IMG/VR virus record: IMGVR_UViG_3300005077_000003
Coordinates: 32,001-96,000 of that record
DNA from: a virus
Direction: 5' to 3' (one strand)
Length of the DNA stretch: 64,000 nucleotides
Positions 25,437-36,653 of this stretch are shown here, in pieces (within the stretch, counting starts at the first letter, position 1; each line of letters opens with the position of its first letter). The position numbers were made by a program, and so were the translations under genes. The notes beneath the pieces were generated by a model. The model did not search any database and was not told where the DNA came from. It saw nothing but the letters and a program-made list of their open reading frames with translations.

Positions 25437-28420
25437 CAGATAAGCTTGTAAAAGAAGACGCTCTAGTAAAATATATACCAGAAAACGACTATGAATCTCG
25501 TGACTTTAAGCCGTTTTATAGTCTTTCTGGTGATATGTGCACTAGGTGTAAGGCATACTATAGTATGCTACATGAGAAAGGACTAACAAAATATCCTTTC
25601 CCGCCTAATTGCAGCGGCAAAGTTCTAGATTCAACTATATCTGTAACAGAAGACGATTTTGATACTCTAGAAGATTATGAAAACTATATTATAGCCTCAG
25701 ATCCAGTATCGTGGGCATATAGATACTTAGGATGGGAAGCCCGGTGGTATCAAGAAGAAATACTAAGCTGTACTAGCTTACGCATAGTAGCTAGGATGGG
25801 CAGAAGGATAGGAAAGGCCCTAGATATAAATACTCCTATCCCAACTCCTAATGGCTGGAAAACTATGGGAGAACTCAATGTCGGAGATAAGGTTTTTGAT
25901 GACAACGGAGATCAGTGCAATGTAACATTTGTCACAGACGTACAATATGGTAGGAAGTGTTATGATGTATATTTTTCAGATGGCTCTAAAATTACTGCAG
26001 ACGAAGACCACCAGTGGACTGTTGTTAATAAAAACTCTAGAAAAGCACTAAAAGAGCCTCATAGAATATACAGGCCAATTACTCTTACTACCAGAGAAAT
26101 ATTAGCTGAAATAAAAGTTTCTAATAAAAAAGAATGTAACTATGCAATAGAAGTTGCAGGTGCAGTAGAATATTCAAAAAAAGAATTAGCGGTACACCCG
26201 TATGTTTTCGGTGTGTGGCTTGGTGATGGCAGTTCTTACTCTGGCCAGATTACTACTGAAGATAGCCAAATTTTAGATGAAGTATCTAAGCTTGGGTATG
26301 CTTATCATATAAACGTACCATTATCTAAAAACTGCGGAAATGCGAATGCATACCGCATTGACAGTCTTACTAGTGATTTAAACAAAGTAATTGCTCTTAA
26401 AAATACTAAAGATGATCTTCCATCAAAGTATATACCAGACATTTATCTTCAATCATCAATTGAAGACAGAAAAGAGCTTTTAAAAGGACTAATGGATACA
26501 GGTGGATGTATATATGGCAATGGAATATGCGAATTTTCAGTTACTTCTAAGAAATTAGCTGAAGGGTTTCATGAATTAATATCAAGTTTAGGTATAAAAT
26601 CTAAAATAAAAGAGTCTGATGCAAAATTATATAGTAAAATCATATCTAAACGATATAGGATAACATTTTGTCCAGATTTTAGCGTATTTAAACTAAAAAG
26701 AAAACTTTCCCGGCAACGCACCTATTCTAATAGAGTTAATTTTAGATATATAACTGATATAGTAGAGGTAAATTCTGTACCAGTAAAGTGTATTTCAGTA
26801 GATTCAGCTTCTTCACTATACTTAGCAGGGAAGAGTTTTATCCCTACACATAATACTATTTGCTTAGTTATTAAAATAATGTGGCTTCTAAACACAAATT
26901 CCAATTTCAGTATCCTTGTAGTTGCCCCATATGAGGTTCAAGTAAGAAAAATTTTTGATGAAATTGATAAGTTTATAGACTCATCTCCTGAGCTTACTAA
27001 CGCAGTTAAGCGTAGAACAAAAAGTCCTTGTCGTCTTGAATTCATGAATGGGTCAAAGGCACAAGGATTTTCTTCTGGTTCACAGTCGGCATCGGGATCT
27101 GACAAAATCCGTGGTCAAGACGCTCACTATATTGCAATAGATGAAGCAGATTACCTTGATGAAGATGATATAGATGCTATTTTAGCCATTTTAGCGTCTT
27201 ACCCAGATTGTGGTTTGTGGGCATCATCAACCCCCACCGGTCTGCATAAGAAGTTTTTCCAGTTTGTACAACAAAAAGATTTAGGATTCAAAGAATTCTG
27301 GATGATTTCTGCAGAAGCTCCCAACTGGACACCAGAAGTAGAGCAGTTTCTTAAAGAGAGTACAGCCTCAGCACAGTATGAACACGAGTACCTTGCATTA
27401 TTTGGTATACAAGAATCAGGCGTATTTAGAAACGACTTGGTGGATGAAAGTATAAGATCATACAAGCTTCCTATGAAACAAACTCCTGGGTCTATTACGT
27501 GCATAGGAGTGGACTGGAATGGACAGTCAATAGGTACGCACATAGTTGTGACTGAATGTGTAAGCAATCCTAATGGTGATGTTTACTACGTCTTACTAGA
27601 AAAGATAATAATCAAAGGCGTTGAGTTTACACAACATGTTGGCGTAGAGAAGCTAATAGAGCTTAATAATAAATATAATCCAAAATTTATCTATGTTGAT
27701 GCTGGATATGGAGAAGCTAATATAGAAATGCTTCGCAAATACGGCAAACAGCATAGAGCTTCTGGTTTACACAAGAAAGTTGTGCCTTATATGATGGGTA
27801 GTCTTATAGAAATAAGAGACCCAGTATCAAATCAGATAGTTAAAAAGAATGCAAAGCCATTTTTAGTAAATACAGCAGTAGTACAGCTAGAACAAGGCAG
27901 GGTAATATTCCCATCCTCAGAAGACACGAAAATACTTGTAGATAGTACTGAAAATAAAGAAACTGGAGCTATAAGTGGTATTGTACAGCAGATGAGAAAC
28001 TTTTGTATAGAAAGAGTTTCATCTACTGGGCTGCCATCATATTCACAAGGAGAAGATCATAGCTTGACTGCATGGATGCTTAGTATTGCCGCATTTGTTA
28101 TAGAACTTTCAGATATGAAAGGGAGGATACATATACAAACTCCAATGATAATGCGCAATATGTTACTGCCACCTACTACAGATGATGCTCATCCAACTAA
28201 ACAAGGAGACCTAGTTGCTACTGCCGCCCGCTCATTCTTGTTAAATAATAAGAATGTTGATATAAGAGATGCACGTAGAATATATTCAAGGGAGCGTAGT
28301 AATATAGCAAAAGGTGATGAAAAGACTATTAAGAAGTACTTTGGTAGAAAATCTGTTGACAGAACATCAGCACTAAAACCAGGCTGGCCTTTTAGAGATA
28401 AAGGAAGAGGTAGATTCTAA
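25433..28420 (+). CDS. terL: terminase large subunit with intein
   Basis: Walker A GRRIGK|T split by the intein, Walker B IAIDEAD, SSTP coupling motif, nuclease CIGVDW, YVDAGYG, DHSLTA. Confidence 0.95.
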   Translation: MTDKLVKEDALVKYIPENDYESRDFKPFYSLSGDMCTRCKAYYSMLHEKGLTKYPFPPNCSGKVLDSTISVTEDDFDTLEDYENYIIASDPVSWAYRYLGWEARWYQEEILSCTSLRIVARMGRRIGKALDINTPIPTPNGWKTMGELNVGDKVFDDNGDQCNVTFVTDVQYGRKCYDVYFSDGSKITADEDHQWTVVNKNSRKALKEPHRIYRPITLTTREILAEIKVSNKKECNYAIEVAGAVEYSKKELAVHPYVFGVWLGDGSSYSGQITTEDSQILDEVSKLGYAYHINVPLSKNCGNANAYRIDSLTSDLNKVIALKNTKDDLPSKYIPDIYLQSSIEDRKELLKGLMDTGGCIYGNGICEFSVTSKKLAEGFHELISSLGIKSKIKESDAKLYSKIISKRYRITFCPDFSVFKLKRKLSRQRTYSNRVNFRYITDIVEVNSVPVKCISVDSASSLYLAGKSFIPTHNTICLVIKIMWLLNTNSNFSILVVAPYEVQVRKIFDEIDKFIDSSPELTNAVKRRTKSPCRLEFMNGSKAQGFSSGSQSASGSDKIRGQDAHYIAIDEADYLDEDDIDAILAILASYPDCGLWASSTPTGLHKKFFQFVQQKDLGFKEFWMISAEAPNWTPEVEQFLKESTASAQYEHEYLALFGIQESGVFRNDLVDESIRSYKLPMKQTPGSITCIGVDWNGQSIGTHIVVTECVSNPNGDVYYVLLEKIIIKGVEFTQHVGVEKLIELNNKYNPKFIYVDAGYGEANIEMLRKYGKQHRASGLHKKVVPYMMGSLIEIRDPVSNQIVKKNAKPFLVNTAVVQLEQGRVIFPSSEDTKILVDSTENKETGAISGIVQQMRNFCIERVSSTGLPSYSQGEDHSLTAWMLSIAAFVIELSDMKGRIHIQTPMIMRNMLLPPTTDDAHPTKQGDLVATAARSFLLNNKNVDIRDARRIYSRERSNIAKGDEKTIKKYFGRKSVDRTSALKPGWPFRDKGRGRF
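25817..26854 (+). mobile_element. intein (346 aa) with LAGLIDADG-type domain in the TerL Walker A motif
   Basis: Starts ALDINTPIPTPNGW, ends CISVDS..LYLAG..IPTHN followed by Thr; blocks GVWLGDG and GLMDTGG. Confidence 0.95.
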
Positions 28421-30360
28421 TGTCATTAGATTATAACGGTATACCAAAACAGTCTTATACCAGAGACCTAAATGATACCAGTAGGTATTCAGGGAATCTA
28501 CAAGAAGATATTAAGCCAATAAAGGACGATGAGGCTACAGAGTTATTTAATGATGTTGCAAAGGTATTTATAAAAGGCAATAAGCTTATTACTGCACTAG
28601 GCCAATTAAATCCCGCCGCCTTTATACCAGTAGAAGAAGATTCAGCAGTAAGATCATCCTTAGCAAGACTTGATGAGCTACAGGACAGAATAACATTTGG
28701 ATTATTCCAAGATGCGTGCAAATTTATTAATAGTCGAGGAGAGGCTATTGATGAAGCGTTTATTATAAACCTAAAAACCATTGACCCAATAAATTTAAAT
28801 TCTGACGTAGTCAGAATGCATAAGGGGGTGGGTAATAGCTCAAAAGATTGGCTTACAGAATTTTTGACTAAATTATCCCCACTTGCTGGGCTTACAATAA
28901 TGGGATTCCTTAATGACTTGGCTTTTTCTAAATCAGGGAAAAGTCCAAATCCTGACGGAGAAAATTCTGGTACGCAGTCTATTATGTCCCATTTGCAGGG
29001 AATTGGTATTGGTATAGCACTACTTATTGAAGCAGGAATAACGCTAGCTGGTTTAGACATACTAACAGAGCCATTTAAAAGCGATGAAGCTAGCAATGAG
29101 GTTGCTAGTATGTATAACCAGCTTAAAAGTGACCCAAATAGGAGAAGGGAAGTCCTAGAAAATGGCGGGTATGATTACGAAGCTCTTAAAAAGAATAAAA
29201 AGTATGATGACTATTTAGCAGTAAAACAATATGCTTTAGAATATATCTCTAGACTTATAGACAATGTGCAGTATGATCACTGGATAGCTTTTGCAAATGT
29301 TGGTGATAACCAATCACTTTTAAGCTCTGCGTTATCTATGGCTCCTATGTACTCATTAAAATGGAGAAGATTTAACCAAACTAATGATGTCGCTACTCTT
29401 GAAAAAGAGGTGTATGAATACGAAGAAGACTCTTATCTAGAACAAGCAGTAGCATCTGGTCTCAACAGAGGGCTCAGAGATTACTTTAGTAGTCTTTTAT
29501 CAATTAGCAACGACCATTATGATAAAACTCTACAAGTATATTCTATGCAAATAGACGCGCGGGTTATATGCTGTTTAGTATGGTTTTTAGGCCCAATGAA
29601 CCTAGATAACCTCAAAAAGATGGCAAATATTTTGCATATATTAGGTGCTAGGTCGACATTAAATTGGAAGAGTTTGCTATCAAGGCTAGGAGAGGGGATG
29701 GCGAGGTCAATCGCCAATATGCTTCTTGGATATGTCGGAGTACTGGTCGAAAGCGTATTTGACAAAATATTGAGCGCGATGTTTAAAATACCAGACTCAG
29801 ACCTAGAAGTTGCACTAAAAAACTGTATAGGACTTGAAATGCTTTTTAATTTACTACAAGAAGCATGGCTGGAGATATTTGAACAAGTAAATAAATTGGT
29901 TACCCAGCTTAATAATATGCTTAATGATTTAAAAAATAAGGGCTCATTAAGCGTAGAGATAGCCGCAGAGAGAAGATATCTTGTTACTTTGGCGGGTATT
30001 TTGAGAGCAGTAATAAATAATATAGAAGCAGTACAACAAAACTGCTCATTTAATAGAAACCTAACAGAATCACAAATAAATGATATAGCAGCAGAAGCAG
30101 CTGTTGATTTTGTCTCCAGTCAAATAGTTGATAATACATATCCAACTATAGAGCTATCAGAAGATTTACGGAGGAAATTCTTTAGTGGAGTTCCTGAATT
30201 TACTACGTCTAGACTTAAATTACCGGTACCAGGCACAGATGAAGCTGGAAAACAACAAGACCTTACAAGGGATGATAAAATATCAGAGTGTGGAGAAGGC
30301 GGTAGAGCCGCTGCTGGTATTGCTATAGGCAAAAGAATTGCTGATATAATGAATAGTTAA
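28420..30360 (+). CDS. hypothetical protein (646 aa, helical) between terminase and portal
   Basis: Long ORF, TAATG-coupled. Confidence 0.85.
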   Translation: MSLDYNGIPKQSYTRDLNDTSRYSGNLQEDIKPIKDDEATELFNDVAKVFIKGNKLITALGQLNPAAFIPVEEDSAVRSSLARLDELQDRITFGLFQDACKFINSRGEAIDEAFIINLKTIDPINLNSDVVRMHKGVGNSSKDWLTEFLTKLSPLAGLTIMGFLNDLAFSKSGKSPNPDGENSGTQSIMSHLQGIGIGIALLIEAGITLAGLDILTEPFKSDEASNEVASMYNQLKSDPNRRREVLENGGYDYEALKKNKKYDDYLAVKQYALEYISRLIDNVQYDHWIAFANVGDNQSLLSSALSMAPMYSLKWRRFNQTNDVATLEKEVYEYEEDSYLEQAVASGLNRGLRDYFSSLLSISNDHYDKTLQVYSMQIDARVICCLVWFLGPMNLDNLKKMANILHILGARSTLNWKSLLSRLGEGMARSIANMLLGYVGVLVESVFDKILSAMFKIPDSDLEVALKNCIGLEMLFNLLQEAWLEIFEQVNKLVTQLNNMLNDLKNKGSLSVEIAAERRYLVTLAGILRAVINNIEAVQQNCSFNRNLTESQINDIAAEAAVDFVSSQIVDNTYPTIELSEDLRRKFFSGVPEFTTSRLKLPVPGTDEAGKQQDLTRDDKISECGEGGRAAAGIAIGKRIADIMNS

Positions 30361-30364
30361 TGCA

Positions 30365-32605
30365 ATGAGTATACTAGACTTTATTAGGGGAACATCTCAC
30401 TCTGCACAAATAGAGGAACTCCGTAAGCGCGTTGAGCTTCAGGTGGCAGAATTAGAGGACGTAAGAGCGCGCCTTGCTAATACTAATGAAAGAAGTAACA
30501 AACTAGAAGAGTACCTAAGAACAAGAAGAACTAATTTACCAAAACCAATACAATATTCTTCTAGGAATATATTATCTGGTGGCGATAGACGCAACCATGC
30601 GCCATTTGAAGGGCCTATATACGACCTAAGTGAAATAGCTAGAGCACTAGACGTAGAGGCATACATAGCTACATCAGTCAGGAAACATAGAGAACAAATA
30701 CTAAAAGAGGGCTTTACTATTACTGGGCAAACTCAAGAAACAATAGACTATATAAACAAAAGACTATTTGAGTTTTCTCTAGTAACTGGATTATCTTTTG
30801 ACGAAGTTGTTCGTGAATATACTACCAATTTGGTTCAGTATGCAACTAGCTTTATAGTAAAGCAGAGAGATGATGAAGCTAGCTCTGGTAAAAGGCATAG
30901 ATGGGGAGGTAAAGAATTATCTCCAATCGCAGGGATATTCCCTATGGATCCATCTACAGTTGGAGCACAACAGAATCAACTAGGCCACGTTGCTAATTGG
31001 ATGCAAAAAGTATTAGATCCAGTAACGGGTCAGCCTACGGAAAAAAAATACAAAAAAGAAGATATTGTAGTAGCTACTATAGATAAGAAATCAGGGTTTG
31101 TGTTCGGTACTCCATATATATTGCCAGTTCTAGATGACGTGAGAACGCTAAGGCGTATTGAAGAGATATCTGAAATAGTAGCTCAAAGACACGCATTCCC
31201 TTGGGTACACTGGAGAGTTGGAAGCGACGACAGGCCTGCTGATATATTTGAAGATGGTACTGGCGAAGTTGATCTAGTAAGAGCTATAATAGAGACCACT
31301 CCCCCAGAAGGCGGGATAGTTACAGATCACAGAGTAGAATCTGAAGTTTTAGGAATGAAAGGAGAGGCGCTTGACCTTGTCCCATACTTAGAATATTATG
31401 AAAAACGGGTGATGGCTGGTTTGCGCCTCTCTTCTATTGATTTAGGAAGAACAGAAGGTTCCAAGAGTAATGCGGTAACGGTATCAGAAACATTACAAGA
31501 TGCGTCAAAAGACTTCCAAGCAGTCATAGCCAATTCTCTTAGTCATCAACTTTTTGTTCCTCTTCTATTAGAAGGCGGTTTTGATGTAAACATAGAAACT
31601 ATGGTTACATTAGAGTTTAAACTAATAAACAGAGAAGAAGAGAGAGCACGTATTTCTCATGGCCAAGACCTATTTTTAGGCGGATCAATAACTCGTAATG
31701 AGTTCCGTAGAGATTACATTAACAAGAAAGATATGTCAGAAGAAGAAGACGCTGATACACTAATAGGGCGTAAAGAGCGTCATGACATGGAACTAGCTAA
31801 GTTGCAAGCAGCCGCTAAAGCGGCTCAGCAGGCAGCTACTGCAGCCAAAAATAAAACTGGAAATAAAACCAGGCCAAAGAATCAATATGGGCAAAAGCCT
31901 GCAAAAACAAGAGTAAAAGCAAATGACTCTAATAAAGAGATATATTTAACCAGCCTAATAGATCAATGGAAAAATACACAATCACTATTAATTGATTATG
32001 TTAAAAAATACTCTGGAGTTGTAGAAGATGATGGTTCTGATAATTTAGATGTTACTACTAGAGATATTGAGCTCACTTCTATATTAACAAGTTTTGTTAC
32101 TCTGTTTTCTGTTGACTCAAAATCATTATTGCTACCAATGATAATTGATGGCACTAAAAAGGCCGCAGATGACGCTTCTTGTGAAGAATATACTATAGCA
32201 AACAAACTTATTGATAGATTTATAAAAAATAATGTTACTAAATCACTAAATAAATTTATATCATCTGTAAAAGATGAAATACTATCCAACGATAGTATAG
32301 CTGGTATTCAAAACAAGGTTCACCCACAAACTGCGTTGGCGTCTATAGTAGACAATAGAATTGCCGATCTAGTTTTATTATCTTCTAAACACATAAATAT
32401 GGCGTTTAGATTTGGCTATGTAAAAGCAGCTCGCTCATATGGATATGACTCTGTAATACTCTCACCCATAGAAGAAGGCGCATGCGATGCCTGTATTGAA
32501 GCTGGAGATAAGGCTATTTCACTAACACAGAAAGATATACCATACAATATATTGCTTGATACTCATAGCACATGTAAATATGAAATATTTTTCAACGAAG
32601 AATAA
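30365..32605 (+). CDS. portal protein with C-terminal MuF/gpF-like extension
   Basis: Position, IFPMDPSTV and FGTPYILPVLDD portal-like motifs; C-terminal GY..A...CDAC...HSTC. Confidence 0.8.
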   Translation: MSILDFIRGTSHSAQIEELRKRVELQVAELEDVRARLANTNERSNKLEEYLRTRRTNLPKPIQYSSRNILSGGDRRNHAPFEGPIYDLSEIARALDVEAYIATSVRKHREQILKEGFTITGQTQETIDYINKRLFEFSLVTGLSFDEVVREYTTNLVQYATSFIVKQRDDEASSGKRHRWGGKELSPIAGIFPMDPSTVGAQQNQLGHVANWMQKVLDPVTGQPTEKKYKKEDIVVATIDKKSGFVFGTPYILPVLDDVRTLRRIEEISEIVAQRHAFPWVHWRVGSDDRPADIFEDGTGEVDLVRAIIETTPPEGGIVTDHRVESEVLGMKGEALDLVPYLEYYEKRVMAGLRLSSIDLGRTEGSKSNAVTVSETLQDASKDFQAVIANSLSHQLFVPLLLEGGFDVNIETMVTLEFKLINREEERARISHGQDLFLGGSITRNEFRRDYINKKDMSEEEDADTLIGRKERHDMELAKLQAAAKAAQQAATAAKNKTGNKTRPKNQYGQKPAKTRVKANDSNKEIYLTSLIDQWKNTQSLLIDYVKKYSGVVEDDGSDNLDVTTRDIELTSILTSFVTLFSVDSKSLLLPMIIDGTKKAADDASCEEYTIANKLIDRFIKNNVTKSLNKFISSVKDEILSNDSIAGIQNKVHPQTALASIVDNRIADLVLLSSKHINMAFRFGYVKAARSYGYDSVILSPIEEGACDACIEAGDKAISLTQKDIPYNILLDTHSTCKYEIFFNEE

Positions 32606-32646
32606 AATTATGCGTCGGAAATAAGTTTAGGAGATCACATAATATT

Positions 32647-34221
32647 ATGGAAATTATTGACACTTTCGGTATAGGGTTAGGCTGCCTAGTCGATGATGCC
32701 CTAAACTTGCTTACCGACGTTAAAGATTCCAAGAATAAGCCGGTATTGCAAATTAATATAGATGCAACACATTCAGGTAGGCTTACAAATGATAGAGTAT
32801 ATCCAGGGATACACGTGCGCAATGCTGCTGCCACCTGGACCAAACCTGCTCAAAAACCTGTCTTAAAGAACCATAGTTCTGATGCTGATCCAATAGGCAG
32901 GGTTACCTCGTCAAAATATATCCAGTTAAAAACAGGCAAAGCATTTGACGAGGACTACCTCCGCCCTTCTACTGGTGTGGGCTCTGGCGTAATACAACTA
33001 GATATAGACATAATGGATACCGACGCTATGGAGAAATTCCTCGACGGTAGATTTATGGAGTTCTCTACTCGCCAGCAGTTTTCAAGTATGATCTGCTCAT
33101 TCTGTGGTAATGACTATGTTAAAAACTATTGTGGGCACTACCCAGGAGACGTAGTAAAAGTAGAATCAAAAAAGAAGGGCGGAGCCGACAAAGAGTACAA
33201 AGTATATGGAATAACTGGCCCATTAACCTATAGAGAGGTTTCTGTGGTAAATATTCCAGCAGACAGCTTTACTCGTATCAATGAGATGAAGGCTGCCGAA
33301 GATGCTTTAGGAGATAGTATTATACTATCTGCATATGATGATACAAATCATGATATATCTAAAATATCATTAATTAGCAGCGCTGGTACTGACTCTGTTG
33401 ATCTTTTAAGATCCGGCAACCGGCAGACAGTTACATCTAGCGACAGAAGAAAACTAACCAACAAATCAATTTTCTGCGTTGCCGGTCCAGATTTCCAGCA
33501 ATTTATAGAAGATACAGATATGAATAAAGCTAAACTAGAAGATCCTCTTAAAGAAGAGGAAAAAGAGAACACTACCGTTATCGAAGACCAGACTGATAGC
33601 GATAGCGAGTCAAGTCAAGAAGGTCAAGAAACTGAAGGCGATCAGGAAGGTGTCGTAGCCCCTGACGGCGAAGGGACTGACGAAAATGATGAGACTATCC
33701 AAGACGTTTCTGATGAAGAAGTAAGAGAAGCTTCAATGAAGGCTCTTACTATTTCAAATAAGAAACTTGAACGCGATGTTAAAGAACTGCGTTCAGAGAT
33801 AGAGAGATTGAAGGGTGACAATACTCATAAAGATGAGGAAATTGATCGCCTACGCACTAGTGCATCTGAGTTCCAAAGTAAGCTAAAGCAAATAACTGCA
33901 AAGCAGCTATTGGATACTAAAATTATGTTAGGAAAACCTGATGTTTCTGATGTATCAGACAAAGAAACATACCAAGAGAAACTATCAGAACTAACAAAAA
34001 GATCTCTTGATTCTCTTAATGACGCCCTTACTGATATTTCTATTGAACTTTCAAATATGAAAAAAGATAAGGGCCTAATTGATTTTACTGAAAAGCCTAT
34101 TGAAAATCCAACTGTTAATGGTACACCAAATACAGAGAAGATAATCAACACCGACAGTAAAAGCGAGAATAAGAAGGTTAAACCTACTCGTAGTCAAATA
34201 ATAGATGCACAATTAAATTAG
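32647..34221 (+). CDS. prohead protease/scaffold
   Basis: ATHSG..NDRVY, KPVLKNH, PIGRV, FLDGRF.EFS, CSFCG..CGH.PG, EVSVVNIPAD; acidic coiled-coil C-terminus. Confidence 0.85.
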   Translation: MEIIDTFGIGLGCLVDDALNLLTDVKDSKNKPVLQINIDATHSGRLTNDRVYPGIHVRNAAATWTKPAQKPVLKNHSSDADPIGRVTSSKYIQLKTGKAFDEDYLRPSTGVGSGVIQLDIDIMDTDAMEKFLDGRFMEFSTRQQFSSMICSFCGNDYVKNYCGHYPGDVVKVESKKKGGADKEYKVYGITGPLTYREVSVVNIPADSFTRINEMKAAEDALGDSIILSAYDDTNHDISKISLISSAGTDSVDLLRSGNRQTVTSSDRRKLTNKSIFCVAGPDFQQFIEDTDMNKAKLEDPLKEEEKENTTVIEDQTDSDSESSQEGQETEGDQEGVVAPDGEGTDENDETIQDVSDEEVREASMKALTISNKKLERDVKELRSEIERLKGDNTHKDEEIDRLRTSASEFQSKLKQITAKQLLDTKIMLGKPDVSDVSDKETYQEKLSELTKRSLDSLNDALTDISIELSNMKKDKGLIDFTEKPIENPTVNGTPNTEKIINTDSKSENKKVKPTRSQIIDAQLN

Positions 34222-34265
34222 TCTTATTGTAATTAATTTGGAGCTGAAACACAAGGAGTCAAACA

Positions 34266-35120
34266 ATGGCTTATAGAATTCCGAGGGGGTACGCAGTAAA
34301 TCGCCCCCCATATCAGGAAATCTCCGAGGGTATCAGACCATCAGCTAGCGCAGTCCCAATGGGGGCCTGGACAGGGCTTCCTCCAGTCCGTATAGACGAT
34401 ATTACTCATGATCCGATAGTAATAGACGCCGGAACGGTTGTTGGTATAGCCACAGGCGGCTTTGCCGTAGGAAAGCTATTCCCAGCACACCAATTAACTG
34501 GTGCTACTACTATTACTCTTGAGCACCACTCTGATGGTGCTACATGGGGTCTTCCTGCTACTGATGCTGCTTTTACTAGTAACGTGCTTACTGGAGGTCC
34601 TGTACTTCCTCTTGGAGTTGTTTTCCAACCCATATACTCATTTATTCTTCAGGCAAACTTTACCAACTATACCAGAAACGTAAACGTTGGTATTGTTACT
34701 GATTATATGATACAAGTACCTGCAAAATGTGCTGCAGAAAAGAACATTAGAGCAGGACAGATGGTAATGGTGCACTCAACTGCACAAAACTATGGTGTTA
34801 TTGCTGCTGGCACAGCCAGCATGGGTGGATTCCAAGCATGGGATGGTACTGCAGGTACACTAAACTTCGTTGTTGGCAGATGCTTCTCAAACCTGCACTT
34901 CGCTACAGGTACTGCAACCAACACCATACTCTCTGATGATACTGCAGCTGCACTAACTACTAGTGGTGCTGCTGAGTATAAAGACCTAGCTAGGGTCAAT
35001 ACTGTACCAGGCCTAGGCCTCGCAGGCTCAGGCACTGGTGGTGTACCTTCATGGCTTATGAAAGCACAAAGTGATGCCAGTGGCTATTACTATGCTTTAA
35101 CTATTCTTATTAGGCTCTAA
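34266..35120 (+). CDS. capsid decoration/stabilising protein
   Basis: Directly precedes the MCP; Gly/Thr/Ala-rich; strong RBS. Confidence 0.7.
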   Translation: MAYRIPRGYAVNRPPYQEISEGIRPSASAVPMGAWTGLPPVRIDDITHDPIVIDAGTVVGIATGGFAVGKLFPAHQLTGATTITLEHHSDGATWGLPATDAAFTSNVLTGGPVLPLGVVFQPIYSFILQANFTNYTRNVNVGIVTDYMIQVPAKCAAEKNIRAGQMVMVHSTAQNYGVIAAGTASMGGFQAWDGTAGTLNFVVGRCFSNLHFATGTATNTILSDDTAAALTTSGAAEYKDLARVNTVPGLGLAGSGTGGVPSWLMKAQSDASGYYYALTILIRL

Positions 35121-35134
35121 GGGAGGTAACTGAT

Positions 35135-36547
35135 ATGGCTAAAAAAATAAATTTAGATACACAAGATATCGACCTTACTTGCTTTGATGAGAATCAACAG
35201 AAAGTAGTTCTGCAATTAGCACAAAAAATTGCAGATCAAGTAACCGAGGTTAACGACGATAGCCAAGAATATCTTGATATGCCTGTTGAGCATCAAGCAT
35301 TAATTGCTAAAGATGCCCGCAAAGCTAAGAAGATGACTGAGCTATGGAAATCAGGCGGCTATATTCCAGGTCTTCGTGACAGAGTAACTTTCAAAGAGTT
35401 TGCTGGTCACTCACAGAAATGGGATGAGCAATTCCAGCGCGAAGCTGCAGATGCTGGTTTTACTAGTACTGATCATCCAATCCTCATTGCTCGTACTATC
35501 TCCGAAGTAGTAAAAGAAGCTGTTGAACCAAATATAACACTTACCCCACTGCTTCAGCGCATTAACTACTCTCACGGTACAACCCTAACTTTCCCCGCTA
35601 TGGGCGCTTTCCCAGCAGCTGATATCGCGGAAGGTATGGAATACCCAGAGAGATCTATCGACTTCGCAGGGCAAACCGTAGCGACTATTGGGAAGAGCGG
35701 TGTCGCAGTCAAGATGACTGAGGAAATGATCCGCTACTCTCAATATGATGTTATGAGTATGAACCTTCGCGCAGCTGGTAGAGCACTTATCCGCTGGAAA
35801 GAAAGCAAGGTTGCAAGTATGATTACAACCAATGCGGGTGGAAGTAATACTATATTTGATAACACATCTGCTATTTATCCTTCAACTACTGGTCGTGATG
35901 CAGGAGGTACCTACAATGGCACCTTAACGCTAGATGACCTGTTTAAGGCATATGCTGAAATGATCAATAGGGGCTACAACCCCAATACTTTGATCATGAA
36001 CCCATTTGGATGGCAGATCTTTGCTGATGAAGCAATAGCTCGCGCATTTGGTTTCATTAACGGCCTTGCTATGTGGCAGCAGCTACAAGGCTCTCCAGCT
36101 CAAGTAGGCGCCTTTAGTGGTCCTTCACCACTACTTTCACAAAGTCAGCCAACTAGCCCACAGAACCTTGCTACTACATTCACCAACGTACCAACCCAAT
36201 TCCCAGTTGCATTTAATATCATAGTTAGCCCATTTGTGGACTATAACGCCACTAACGGCACTACTGATCTAATTCTTTGCGACAGAAATGAACTTGGTAT
36301 TATAGTAGTTGATGAGGAAGTTACTACAGACGAGTTCAAGGACCCAGCACGCGATATTTACAAAGTAAAACTCCGCGAGCGTTATGGTCTGGCTTCTCTA
36401 AACAACGGTTCTGGTACTGGTCTAATTAAGGCCGTCCACCTGAAGCGCGGTTTTGACTTCAGCCGTAGTCTACAGGCTACTATAGCTTCTACAGGACTTG
36501 GTTCACCACTGACTGGTGATGAAACTAACTATTCAGTAATTTCTTAG
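35135..36547 (+). CDS. major capsid protein (HK97 fold)
   Basis: FPAMG..A.DIAEG.EYPE, GKSGVAVKMTEEMIRYSQYDV, KLRERYG; optimised codons; followed by a terminator. Confidence 0.9.
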   Translation: MAKKINLDTQDIDLTCFDENQQKVVLQLAQKIADQVTEVNDDSQEYLDMPVEHQALIAKDARKAKKMTELWKSGGYIPGLRDRVTFKEFAGHSQKWDEQFQREAADAGFTSTDHPILIARTISEVVKEAVEPNITLTPLLQRINYSHGTTLTFPAMGAFPAADIAEGMEYPERSIDFAGQTVATIGKSGVAVKMTEEMIRYSQYDVMSMNLRAAGRALIRWKESKVASMITTNAGGSNTIFDNTSAIYPSTTGRDAGGTYNGTLTLDDLFKAYAEMINRGYNPNTLIMNPFGWQIFADEAIARAFGFINGLAMWQQLQGSPAQVGAFSGPSPLLSQSQPTSPQNLATTFTNVPTQFPVAFNIIVSPFVDYNATNGTTDLILCDRNELGIIVVDEEVTTDEFKDPARDIYKVKLRERYGLASLNNGSGTGLIKAVHLKRGFDFSRSLQATIASTGLGSPLTGDETNYSVIS

Positions 36548-36582
36548 TAGTTCCCCCAGCGGCAATAATAGCCGATAATACA

Positions 36583-36617
36583 GTGGGACCTTTGGGGCGA
36601 GTCCCTGGAGGTCCCAC
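36583..36617 (+). terminator. hairpin after the MCP gene
   Basis: gtgggacct...aggtcccac inverted repeat. Confidence 0.6.
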
Positions 36618-36653
36618 TACTAATATGTAAATAAAATAAGTTGAGATATAGTT

